Source: Chthonomonadales bacterium (GTDB lineage: Bacteria > Armatimonadota > Chthonomonadetes > Chthonomonadales > CAJBBX01). Taken from it: DNA of 64,000 bases. Shown in pieces: positions 49,376 through 57,915 of this stretch. Each line of letters opens with the position of its first letter. Within the stretch, counting starts at the first letter, position 1. Position numbers and translations under genes: made by a program. Location: positions 1 through 64,000 of the forward strand of contig JBBIPC010000008.1 of assembly GCA_037443035.1 (NCBI GenBank), written 5' to 3'. The notes below the pieces were generated by a model. The model saw nothing but the letters and a program-made list of their open reading frames with translations, had not been told where the DNA came from and did not search any database.

Positions 49376-50416
49376 TTACGAAAAGCTGGTGCGTGCCAGC
49401 ACCGAGGACAGTGCTCGCGCCGTTAGTTCCACGGCTGCTACCGCCCTGTCGTAGTGCATACGCGTCGGCCCCAGGACCCCGATGTGGCCCCAACCTCGCG
49501 AACCCGCCTGATACCGCCTTATGACGACGCTACATTCGTCCAGCACGGATAGATGGCTCTCCGGACCTATGAGGACTGCGACCTGGTCGGGTTCGCCGAT
49601 TAGGCGCAGGACGTAGGAGAATGCGTTACCCTCGACAAGGTCAGCGAGGATCTGCTCCATGCGCAATACATCGCGGAACTCCGGATGCCGGAACATGACG
49701 CTTGTGCCTTCGAACATCAGTTCGTCTTTGCGCACTTCCTCAGCTATCTTCCGTACCGCACTGAGGATGCGTTCCAGTGCATCGTTCCCCGTGTCCATGT
49801 CCACTTGTGGTTGGGCTCGTACTGAGCGAATCTCCGACACCGAACGGCCAGCGAGCAGCGTGTTGAGCCGCTCGCAGACATACTGAACAGTCGTTCCGCG
49901 AAGCGTGCGAGCGAGCTTCACAATCCGGCTCTCCGTATGGCCGGTCGAGAACAGCACGACGACAAGCACATGGGCCCTGTCAGCAGCGGCGAGGAACACG
50001 CGATGTACCTGGATGTCTCCCTGCGTCGGCGCTGATGCTACCGAGGGATAGTCGGTCATACGCACGAGGAACCGGCATGCATCGCGAACGATTTCGTTCA
50101 CGTCCTCGCGCACCTTCGATCCGCGACGGAGTTCCCTAAGCGCGGGACGCATCTTCAGTGGCAGCGGCTGCATGAGGTTATCCACGTAATACCGGTACCC
50201 CATCGGGGTCGGAATGCGGCCAGCTGATGTGTGGGGCTGTTTGAGGAGGCCCGCCTCGGACATCTCGCACATCTCGTTGCGCAGAGTCGCCCCGCGACAG
50301 CCAAAGTCGAAACGCGAGGCGAGCCACTGAGATCCGATGGGCTCTCCCGTTTCCACGTATCCGTGCACCACTGCCTGGAGGATGCGCTGTTTCCGTGCTG
50401 ATAGCTCTCTGAGCAT
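49376..50416 (-). CDS. hrcA: Heat-inducible transcription repressor HrcA
   Basis: YVETGEPIGS, ATLRNEM, QPHTSAGRIPT..GYRYYVD and GVLGPTRMHY. Confidence 0.95.
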   Translation of the reverse strand: MLRELSARKQRILQAVVHGYVETGEPIGSQWLASRFDFGCRGATLRNEMCEMSEAGLLKQPHTSAGRIPTPMGYRYYVDNLMQPLPLKMRPALRELRRGSKVREDVNEIVRDACRFLVRMTDYPSVASAPTQGDIQVHRVFLAAADRAHVLVVVLFSTGHTESRIVKLARTLRGTTVQYVCERLNTLLAGRSVSEIRSVRAQPQVDMDTGNDALERILSAVRKIAEEVRKDELMFEGTSVMFRHPEFRDVLRMEQILADLVEGNAFSYVLRLIGEPDQVAVLIGPESHLSVLDECSVVIRRYQAGSRGWGHIGVLGPTRMHYDRAVAAVELTARALSSVLARTSFS

Positions 50417-50440
50417 GGTCCGAACCTCGCGTATCGGTCC

Positions 50441-50470
50441 AGTATAGTCATGCGCCGAAACGCCTGTCAA
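50441..50470 (-). promoter_or_regulatory. Sigma70-type promoter for hrcA
   Basis: The minus strand reads TTGACA-18 nt-TATACT. Confidence 0.72.
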
Positions 50471-50565
50471 GCGAAGACTCTCGTGCGCAGCCTCTGTCTA
50501 CTATAATGATACGTTAACGACACGGGGTACGACGGCGTGACCGGCGACCCCTGGGGAGCAGGGAC

Positions 50566-51999
50566 TTGACGGAATCACCAACCCTTGCCGAAGCTCCGAC
50601 ACATGCCCATGCTGCGGCCATCATCTTGGCTGCGGGCAAGTCCACGCGTATGCGCTCGCGCCTACCGAAGCCGCTGCATTCGCTATGTGGACGTCCACTG
50701 ACCCGTCATGTAATTGCCGCGTGCCGCGAAGCTGGCATCAGCAGGATCGTCGTGGTGATAGGCCACGAAGCCGAGCAGGTACGTGCAGGTCTCGGCGACG
50801 ATGTGGAGTATGTGATACAGCAGGAACAGCTCGGCACTGGACACGCAACGCTGTGCGCAGAGCAGGTGCTGGTAGACCATGACGGTCCCATACTCGTGCT
50901 TGCAGGCGACGTGCCGCTCCTCCGGCCGGAGACGCTGGGCCGCCTTGTAGCGGCTGCGTCGGCAAGCGAAGTATTCGGGGCGATGCTCGTTGCCGAGCTG
51001 GACGACCCGACAGGGTATGGCCGCGTCATACTCGATGCAAGCGGCGCCGTGCGGCGCATTGTCGAACAGAAGGATGCCACGCCGGAGGAAGCCGCGATCC
51101 GCACGTGGAACCCATCCGTCTACTGTTTCCGCGGCCAGGGCCTGTGGAAGCGGTTGCGCGAGGTCCGGTCCGACAACGCGCAGCGAGAGTACTACCTGAC
51201 GGATGTAGTAGGACTCGCCGCAAGCCATGGCGAGCGAGTCGTTGGAGTGCCAGTTGCGGACGCAACCGAGGTCCTTGGAGTCAACAGTCGTATAGACCTG
51301 GCCGAGGTTGCGAAGGCTCTTCGAGATCGCGTTCTCCGCAAGTGGATGCTTGCGGGAGTGACAGTGGTCGATCCAGCCTCGACGTACGTGGACGTGGATG
51401 TCCAGATCGGAGCGGACACTGTCCTCGAGCCGCAGACGCATCTTCTCGGCAAGACCGTCATCGGGGAGGAATGCCAGATCGGTCCCATGGCCGTGATACG
51501 GGATTGCAGAGTGGGCAACGGATGCGTGGTAATTGCTTCCCACGCGGAGAACTGCACCATCGGCAACGCTGTGCGAATAGGACCTTTCGCGCGACTTCGG
51601 CCTGGCTGCGCAATCGGTGACCGAACCAAGATCGGGAACTTCGTGGAGCTGAAGAATGCTGTCATCGGGGAAGGTGTGGCCGCTTCGCACTTATCCTATC
51701 TCGGTGACGCCAGTGTCGGCGCATATACGAACATTGGTGCTGGTACCATCACGTGCAACTACGATGGCTTCGCCAAACATCGGACAGTCATCGGCGAACG
51801 TGCCTTCATCGGCACGGACAACGCTCTAGTGGCTCCCGTCTCCATCGGTAACGGAGCCATGACGGCAGCGGGAAGCACTATCACTGAGGATGTTCCCGAC
51901 GATGCCCTAGCGATCGCGCGAGCCAAGCAAGTCAATCGGGACGGGTGGGCAGCGCGCTGGCGCGAAGCACATACGAAGCGGGAGAAGAAGGATGGGTGA
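50566..51999 (+). CDS. glmU: Bifunctional UDP-GlcNAc pyrophosphorylase/glucosamine-1-phosphate acetyltransferase
   Basis: LAAGKSTRM, QLGTGHA, GYGR, EYYLTD, hexapeptide repeats and ITCNYDG. Confidence 0.97.
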   Translation: MTESPTLAEAPTHAHAAAIILAAGKSTRMRSRLPKPLHSLCGRPLTRHVIAACREAGISRIVVVIGHEAEQVRAGLGDDVEYVIQQEQLGTGHATLCAEQVLVDHDGPILVLAGDVPLLRPETLGRLVAAASASEVFGAMLVAELDDPTGYGRVILDASGAVRRIVEQKDATPEEAAIRTWNPSVYCFRGQGLWKRLREVRSDNAQREYYLTDVVGLAASHGERVVGVPVADATEVLGVNSRIDLAEVAKALRDRVLRKWMLAGVTVVDPASTYVDVDVQIGADTVLEPQTHLLGKTVIGEECQIGPMAVIRDCRVGNGCVVIASHAENCTIGNAVRIGPFARLRPGCAIGDRTKIGNFVELKNAVIGEGVAASHLSYLGDASVGAYTNIGAGTITCNYDGFAKHRTVIGERAFIGTDNALVAPVSIGNGAMTAAGSTITEDVPDDALAIARAKQVNRDGWAARWREAHTKREKKDG

Positions 52000-52936
52000 G
52001 CTACGTCTCTTCGGCGGCAACGCGAATCCCGAGCTGGCGGCAAACATCGCCAGAGAACTGAAGATCGGCCTCGGCCGCATGGAAGTGACCGAGTTCAGCG
52101 ATGGCGAGATCGGGGTAAAGATCGACGAGAGTGTCCGCAACCTCGATGTATTCATCATTCAGCCAACCTGCCGGCCAGTGAACCGGAACCTCATGGAACT
52201 TCTGATCATCTTGGATGCGTTCCGGCGTGCCTCTGCGGCGCGCATCACGGCTGTGATGCCCTATTACGGGTATGCCAGGCAGGACAAGAAGGTCAAGCCT
52301 CGCGAGCCTGTATCCGCGCGCCTGGTGGCGAATCTGATCCAGACGGCTGGTGCCAACCGCGCGCTGTGCGTTGACCTCCACGCGGGCCAGATCCAGGGCT
52401 TCTTCGACATTCCCGTGGATCACCTCACTGCGATTCCACTGATGGGTAAGGCGTTGCGAGAAAGAGGGATGTATGGCGACAATGTCGTCGTGGTGTCACC
52501 CGATGTGGGCGGTGTGGCCCGGGCGCGAGCGCTCGCCGAACTTGTGAATGCTCCACTGGCCATTATTGCGAAGCGTCGTCCGGAACCGAACGAGGTGGAG
52601 ATTCTGGAGGTTGTCGGCAACGTCAGGGGCCGACGGTGCATCATGGTGGACGACATCATTGACACTGGTGGGTCCATCGTGCAGGGCGCCCAGAAGCTCC
52701 ACGAACTCGGCGCGGCTGAGGTGTACGCATGCTGCACGCATGGTGTGCTATCGGGCGATGCCCTGGACCGTGTGGCTGCGTCGAAGCTGAGTTCGCTTAT
52801 CGTGACCGATACGATCCCCTTACCGGCAGGACGTCCCACCGGGAAGGTGCAGGTCATCTCGGTCGCAGAGCTGCTTGCTGAGGCGATCGCCCGCATCCAC
52901 GATGACCGGTCTGTCAGCGAGATGTTCCGGCGCTGA
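51992..52936 (+). CDS. prs: Ribose-phosphate pyrophosphokinase
   Basis: FSDGE, PYYGYARQDKK, DLHAGQIQGFF, SPDVGG and VDDIIDTGGS. Confidence 0.97.
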   Translation: MGELRLFGGNANPELAANIARELKIGLGRMEVTEFSDGEIGVKIDESVRNLDVFIIQPTCRPVNRNLMELLIILDAFRRASAARITAVMPYYGYARQDKKVKPREPVSARLVANLIQTAGANRALCVDLHAGQIQGFFDIPVDHLTAIPLMGKALRERGMYGDNVVVVSPDVGGVARARALAELVNAPLAIIAKRRPEPNEVEILEVVGNVRGRRCIMVDDIIDTGGSIVQGAQKLHELGAAEVYACCTHGVLSGDALDRVAASKLSSLIVTDTIPLPAGRPTGKVQVISVAELLAEAIARIHDDRSVSEMFRR

Positions 52937-52963
52937 AGACAATACGAGACGGCAATACGTGGC

Positions 52964-53010
52964 CTCCGGGGTGCCTATTGAGGGGTTCCACCCCAATACG
53001 CACCCCCGAA
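52964..53010. terminator. Long imperfect hairpin between prs and the putative 6S RNA (convergent)
   Basis: CGGGGTGC.TATTG.GGGG-ttcca-CCCCAATA.GCACCCC. Confidence 0.5.
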
Positions 53011-53025
53011 GTGTCCGGCTAGTTC

Positions 53026-53205
53026 GAGCCCCGCGGCGCCGTGTGCTCCTGAGCCCAAGAACCCGTGTAACACGGGCGGATGTACGCCGGATGTCATCGC
53101 GATTCCCCAGGATGGGGCTGCCACTCCGACAATCCGAGTCGTACTCCCTGGGACTGGCGTTGGGTATGGGCTCTTCGGTGCATCACCAACGCCTGCAGGG
53201 CTCCC
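53026..53205 (-). ncRNA. ssrS: Probable 6S RNA
   Basis: About 180 nt. The 5' GAGCCCTGCAGGCG pairs with the 3' CGCCGCGGGGCTC. Internal GGGAG and CCGCCCGTGTTACACGGGTTC resemble 6S elements. A TACAAT -10 lies at 53212-53217, just upstream. Confidence 0.75.
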
Positions 53206-53209
53206 GCAG

Positions 53210-54139
53210 TTATTGTACTTCGTATACGCTGTTGTCGGACGCAGAAGGTTCCAGCCAGTATTCCAGAACCTGAGATGGACGCATCCGCTCCAAGCCGCGG
53301 CCACCTACTGTCAAACCCATTAATGCTTGCTGTGGAGCCAGACCTATCAGCTCTCCGTCGCCTACCTCACCGCCAGCCGACTGGACGACGTCAGCTACAA
53401 ACGCGAATACGCCGGCGACGGGAGTGCGAAACGGCTGCGTGATATTCATAGACACCTGAGCCGACTCCTGCGAGGGGAGCAGCAGGCCGAGCGCACGGAC
53501 ACCTGCGACCGCGGCATCCCTATGTCGTGCAGTCCGTATGGCCCTAGCAGCCATGCGCGCAGCGGGTAGCCCACCCCGGACCATATAGATGTTGTAAGCC
53601 ACCAGGGGAGGGCGTGCTCCTACTACGGCGGCCCCTCGGGACGGGTGGAACGAGGCTCGAAGGTCAGGCTCCAGCAAGCCGCATTGTGGTGGAGCATAGC
53701 CCGAAGCACGCACAGCTCGGCGGATGGCGGGCAAGGTGGAGGGGCGTCCTTCGCGGGCAGCACGCTCGTACAGGTACACCGGCACCTGCATGTTGTCTGC
53801 GAGGGCCCTGGCCGTCTCTTCGGCCAACACGATGCAGTCCTGCATGGTCGTGTTTCTAATGGGAGTGAAAGGTACCACGTCCACAACACCCATTCGAGGG
53901 TGGGCGCCGTCGTGGTAACGGAGGTCCACATGATGCAGTGCCACGGCCGCGGCGGCAAGGACCGCTTCGCGCACCGCAGCAGGGGAACCAAGGAGGGACA
54001 GAACCATGCGGTTGTGATCGGCATCGGCCGAGTAGTCCGCCACGATGGCTCCGTGTCCAGAAGCCGCTTTGGCTATGGTGCGGACAATCTCTGGGCGCCG
54101 TCCTTCGCTGAAGTTGGCGGCACACTGGACAACGGGCAT
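53210..54139 (-). CDS. ftcD: Glutamate formiminotransferase (FT domain only)
   Basis: VQCAANFSEGRR, DADHNRMV, HDGAHPRMGVVDVVPFTP, VGARPPLVAYN, QVSMN and ELIGL. Confidence 0.9.
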   Translation of the reverse strand: MPVVQCAANFSEGRRPEIVRTIAKAASGHGAIVADYSADADHNRMVLSLLGSPAAVREAVLAAAAVALHHVDLRYHDGAHPRMGVVDVVPFTPIRNTTMQDCIVLAEETARALADNMQVPVYLYERAAREGRPSTLPAIRRAVRASGYAPPQCGLLEPDLRASFHPSRGAAVVGARPPLVAYNIYMVRGGLPAARMAARAIRTARHRDAAVAGVRALGLLLPSQESAQVSMNITQPFRTPVAGVFAFVADVVQSAGGEVGDGELIGLAPQQALMGLTVGGRGLERMRPSQVLEYWLEPSASDNSVYEVQ

Positions 54140-54195
54140 GTGGGGCGGCAGCCGTGCCGGGGGGTGCAGACTAGAGCTGGATGACCGCATGCGCA

Positions 54196-54771
54196 TCAGG
54201 GGCTTTCCGGAAGCGAGGGAGCAGACGCCTCGGACTCCTCTAGTGGCGGCAACTCCGAAAGGTCTTTCAGTGCGAAGTAGTGCAGGAAGCTTGGCGTCGT
54301 AACATAGAGGATCGGGCGGCCCACAGTCGGCTTGCGGCCGGCCTCGGCGATGAGGCTCCTGTCGAGCAGCGTCTTGAGCACCGATGAGCATCCAACTCCG
54401 CGCACTGCTTCGATCTCCGGCTGCGTGATGGGCTGCCAGTAGGCGATGATCGCGAGGGTCTCCAGCGCTGCTCGGGACAGCCTGTTGGACTCGCGCGCCA
54501 GCAGTCGTCCGATAACGGCAGCATAAGCAGGACGCGTGCAGAGGTGGTACCCGCCTGCGATTTCGACCACTTGTAGGCTGCTGCCGCGTGCGTCGAGACG
54601 TTCCTGCAGTTCGCGTATGGCGGTGGCAGCTTCGTCTTCTGGACAGTCCAGCGCGCGCGCAAGCTCCGCGATGGAGACAGGCGCACTTGCCACGAAGAGG
54701 ACCGCCTCGACCTCTGCGTCGCGGGACGTCGGAAGCTGATCGGCGCGGATCGTGGGACTATCCGACATCAT
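54196..54771 (-). CDS. scpB: SMC-Scp complex subunit ScpB
   Basis: EAVLFV, LSRAALETLAIIAY.QPIT..EIEAVRGV and GRPILY.TT..FL..F. Confidence 0.95.
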   Translation of the reverse strand: MMSDSPTIRADQLPTSRDAEVEAVLFVASAPVSIAELARALDCPEDEAATAIRELQERLDARGSSLQVVEIAGGYHLCTRPAYAAVIGRLLARESNRLSRAALETLAIIAYWQPITQPEIEAVRGVGCSSVLKTLLDRSLIAEAGRKPTVGRPILYVTTPSFLHYFALKDLSELPPLEESEASAPSLPESP

Positions 54772-55555
54772 CGCCAACGGTCGCCTCCGGGGCGCTGTCA
54801 GTGGGCGCGACGTAGTGGATCCGAATGTCTCCGAATGCATGTCGCTGGTACACTCGAACCTTACCCGTACGAACAAGCTCCAGCAAGGCCAGGAAACAGA
54901 TGACGATCTCGGTCAGCCCCGCGCACTTTGCGCTCATGTCCTGGAAAGAAACGCCGCCAGGGGACCTGCGGGCTGAGCGAAGCAGTTCCGCCATCTTCAT
55001 GCGTAGGCTGACCCGCTGCTGCGGCACGATGGCCGATACCGGTTCAGATTGCTGCACGCCTGCCGCTTCGAGAACGCGCCTCAGAGCGCTGGCGAGGTCA
55101 GCGCCGGTCAGCTCACTGGCCGTGACAGGCAGTACATAGTCGTCCACGGTCTCCAGCGCATCTCGAAAGAAGAGCTGCGCGCGATAGTTCTCCCATTCTC
55201 GGAGCTGTTCGACCACCCCTTGGTATCGGCGATACTCGAGAAGCTTGGCCACCAGCTCGGCGCGAGGATCCGGCTCATCATCCGTTTGTGGCGGCTTCGG
55301 CAACAGCATGCGCGACTTGATCTCCAACAGCGTGGCGGCCATCACCAGATACTCGCCGGCCACAGTCAGATCCAGTGCGTGCCATTCCGCAAGCCGTTCC
55401 AGGTACTGGCGGGTGATCTCCGCGATGGGAATGTCGTAGATGTCAACTTCGTTCTCGCGAATGAGCTGCAGGAGCAGATCCAGAGGACCCTCGTAGTTGG
55501 GAAGCGTGAAGCGTGGCGCCATCGTGGAGCTCGATGCTGTCAGTTCGCGGATCAT
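54758..55555 (-). CDS. scpA: Segregation and condensation protein A
   Basis: YEGPLDLLLQLI, EYLVMAATLLEIKSRMLLP and FLALLEL. Confidence 0.95.
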   Translation of the reverse strand: MIRELTASSSTMAPRFTLPNYEGPLDLLLQLIRENEVDIYDIPIAEITRQYLERLAEWHALDLTVAGEYLVMAATLLEIKSRMLLPKPPQTDDEPDPRAELVAKLLEYRRYQGVVEQLREWENYRAQLFFRDALETVDDYVLPVTASELTGADLASALRRVLEAAGVQQSEPVSAIVPQQRVSLRMKMAELLRSARRSPGGVSFQDMSAKCAGLTEIVICFLALLELVRTGKVRVYQRHAFGDIRIHYVAPTDSAPEATVGDDVG

Positions 55556-56217
55556 GGTCGGATGCCGTCCAGGTTGGCAAGATGGCACGTGTCGTTGGTG
55601 AACCAGATCCACGACCGCTGTGGAGTGTGCTCGACGAGACTCACGGAGCCGTTGTCGAGACGGAAGGCAAGCATCGAAGGAATTGCTGCCACTCCGAGTG
55701 CCAAGCAGAACAACACGCGGAGGCTGCCACCATGGCCAACAACGACGACTGTCTCCCCTGCGTGGCGCCGGGCGATGTCATGCATGGCTGTTGTCATGCG
55801 CTCGGCCACCTGCTCGAGGGATTCGGCGCCGGGTGGACGATAGCGTACGGGATTCGCTCGGTAGCGAGCCAGCGCCGCGCCCTCGCCCTTGGCGAGCAGC
55901 TCGGCGTCGGTCATCCCTTCCCAGCCTCCGAGGTCGGTCTCCGTAAGGAGGTCCGTTTCCAGCACCCGAAGTCCATGCGGTTCGGCGATGGCCTCCGCGG
56001 TCGCGCGGGCGCGTGAGAGCCTGGAGCTGTAGACTGCGGATACAGGCTCGCCGCTGAGCCGTTTGGCGACGGCCGCCGACTGCAACACGCCCCGTTCCGA
56101 TAGAGGAACATCGGATCGTCCCTGCATCCGGCCAGCGGCGTTCCACTCGGTTTCCCCATGACGAACGATGAAGACCCGCAGCGGACGTGGTACCGCCAGA
56201 CAAGCCAGTTCAGACAT
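55552..56217 (-). CDS. Histidine phosphatase family protein (GpmB/CobC/PspA-like)
   Basis: VRHGETEWN, SSRLSRA, GGWEG and VGHGG. Confidence 0.92.
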   Translation of the reverse strand: MSELACLAVPRPLRVFIVRHGETEWNAAGRMQGRSDVPLSERGVLQSAAVAKRLSGEPVSAVYSSRLSRARATAEAIAEPHGLRVLETDLLTETDLGGWEGMTDAELLAKGEGAALARYRANPVRYRPPGAESLEQVAERMTTAMHDIARRHAGETVVVVGHGGSLRVLFCLALGVAAIPSMLAFRLDNGSVSLVEHTPQRSWIWFTNDTCHLANLDGIRP

Positions 56218-57289
56218 CGCCGTTCCTGTACACTGGAATGATCCGCCCGTCGGCCGCCCAACATGCCGCGCCTAGTCTGATGATGCGCACGCTATCCATT
56301 GCCGGAGCAGAAGAGGTCACTTTCAGGATCCGGCGTTCTGCGTCCAGACCCACCACCAGTCCGATTCCCACCATCGTCCGCTCTCGATCATAGAGTCCTA
56401 CGACCAGACGCTCCAGCGACGTGGATGGGATGGAGAGAACGGCCTGCGCGCCGTAGAGCCGCGAGGCGACGGCCTGTGCCGTCTCGTATGGAGGAAGCGT
56501 CCGTGCAACGATTCCGAGCCGGTTACCGATCTGCTCAGCATACTCCACCTGCACGTCCAGCGCGGCGCCTAGCTGGTCGAGTGCGCGTTTTCCCAGAGGC
56601 GCTCCACAGCCCAGCCACGAGTTCTCGATGACGACCTCCTCGAATGGCCACTCTCGCACGACCGCGTTCGCGAATGCCTCGGCGAAGCGGGCGGCACGCC
56701 GCTGGGCACGCAGGGCGGGCGTCTTGACGGTGATCGTGTCTGGCACGGGGACGTGGTGAACGATGGGCCGTGCGACACTCCGCAAGACACGTGCCAGGGC
56801 CGATACCCCTTGACGGCGTGCGAGAGCGACCACCTGGTCGGGGCGCAGAGCATCGAGCTTGCATCGCTTCAGGCGATGAGACCAACTCATGGCAGCCAGA
56901 CCTGTCGTGTCACAAATGATGAACTTGGCTCCCCGCTCCCGTGCGATGCTAACCATCTGACAGGTCTGTGCTAGGTGCTCGAGAGGTACATGCTGCGGAG
57001 TGACACTCCCGACAAAGCCGCTGGCCACGGGCTTGATATCGCTCAGGCGGGTAACGGGTTCCGTCACGAGTCCGACGCTAACGCACGTTGGCGGTCCGAT
57101 CTCAGACTGCCCGATGTCGGCGTCCACGACGCCGGTGGGGATTCCCGCTGCTACCGCACAGTTGGCCAGCTCCCTGGCGAATGTCGTCTTGCCTGTATCC
57201 ACAGCGCCCAGAATCAGCACTAACCCGCCTCGCTCGGCGACGGCCTCGATCGTCTGGGCCCATTCAGGTGGCGTGGACGGTGGCGTCAC
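56210..57289 (-). CDS. Clp1/Grc3-like polynucleotide 5'-hydroxyl kinase
   Basis: Walker A GAVDTGKTT, DADIGQSEIGPP, ICDTTG, Arg-rich lid RAQRR and C-terminal GIGLV..IRLG. Confidence 0.85.
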   Translation of the reverse strand: MTPPSTPPEWAQTIEAVAERGGLVLILGAVDTGKTTFARELANCAVAAGIPTGVVDADIGQSEIGPPTCVSVGLVTEPVTRLSDIKPVASGFVGSVTPQHVPLEHLAQTCQMVSIARERGAKFIICDTTGLAAMSWSHRLKRCKLDALRPDQVVALARRQGVSALARVLRSVARPIVHHVPVPDTITVKTPALRAQRRAARFAEAFANAVVREWPFEEVVIENSWLGCGAPLGKRALDQLGAALDVQVEYAEQIGNRLGIVARTLPPYETAQAVASRLYGAQAVLSIPSTSLERLVVGLYDRERTMVGIGLVVGLDAERRILKVTSSAPAMDSVRIIRLGAACWAADGRIIPVYRNGDV

Positions 57290-57302
57290 GTACGGCTCCT
57301 CA

Positions 57303-57331
57303 TTGACGAAACCGCTTCACGGCAGTATCAT
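57303..57331 (+). promoter_or_regulatory. Sigma70-type promoter
   Basis: TTGACG-17 nt-TATCAT upstream of the 57388 gene. Confidence 0.65.
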
Positions 57332-57387
57332 GGTGCCTGCAGTGTCCAGACGCCATATGACGAACGGGAGAGGACCTGTACCTCGAC

Positions 57388-57894
57388 ATGCAGAGGTCGA
57401 ATCGTATCATCCTGGCTGTGGCGGCAGCTCTTGGCATTCTGAGCATCGTGGTCTATTTCCTGTCTCAGGATACCCCCGCCCCGCGGCTCACCCGTGGCGT
57501 GGTGCAGAAGCTACTCGCGGACGTGGCGGTTGCTGTACACCACAGAGACGCCAGCGCAGCATTCGCCTGTACGACACCGGATGCGATTCTGTTTGGGCAG
57601 CGCCGAGCTAGGCTCGAGCGATGGGCGCAGAGGTGGACGCGGCAGGCCTCCACAGGAACGCTGGAGATTACCTGGCGCGACCTCACTGTGACGGATCTCG
57701 GTTCTACGGGGCTGGCGGACTTCTACGTAGTCGTCGGGGAGCGTTTGGGGGGCGTGAACACGGTCTACTTCGAGTCTCAGGTCACCCTGCACTTGACGAA
57801 AACCAAGCTCGCCGGACCGCTAGGGCTCGGCAGCAAGGAGAAGTGGCTCATCAGCCGCGCTGAAGCAGTGACGGACCCATTCTCAGGACAGTGA
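57388..57894 (+). CDS. Membrane-anchored hypothetical protein (possible NTF2-like fold)
   Basis: N-terminal TM segment; helix-then-strand pattern ending KWLISRAE; RBS and promoter present. Confidence 0.65.
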   Translation: MQRSNRIILAVAAALGILSIVVYFLSQDTPAPRLTRGVVQKLLADVAVAVHHRDASAAFACTTPDAILFGQRRARLERWAQRWTRQASTGTLEITWRDLTVTDLGSTGLADFYVVVGERLGGVNTVYFESQVTLHLTKTKLAGPLGLGSKEKWLISRAEAVTDPFSGQ

Positions 57895-57915
57895 TAGAAG
57901 TGTGGGGCAGTCGCC

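Noticed and set aside
49305..49376. Possible CIRCE between hrcA and grpE
   Set aside because: Only a half-site-like GGCACTC is present, with no correctly spaced inverted partner.
52875..53442. Short ORFs across the prs-ftcD gap
   Set aside because: They carry no protein motifs, and the gap is better explained by the 6S-like RNA and hairpin.
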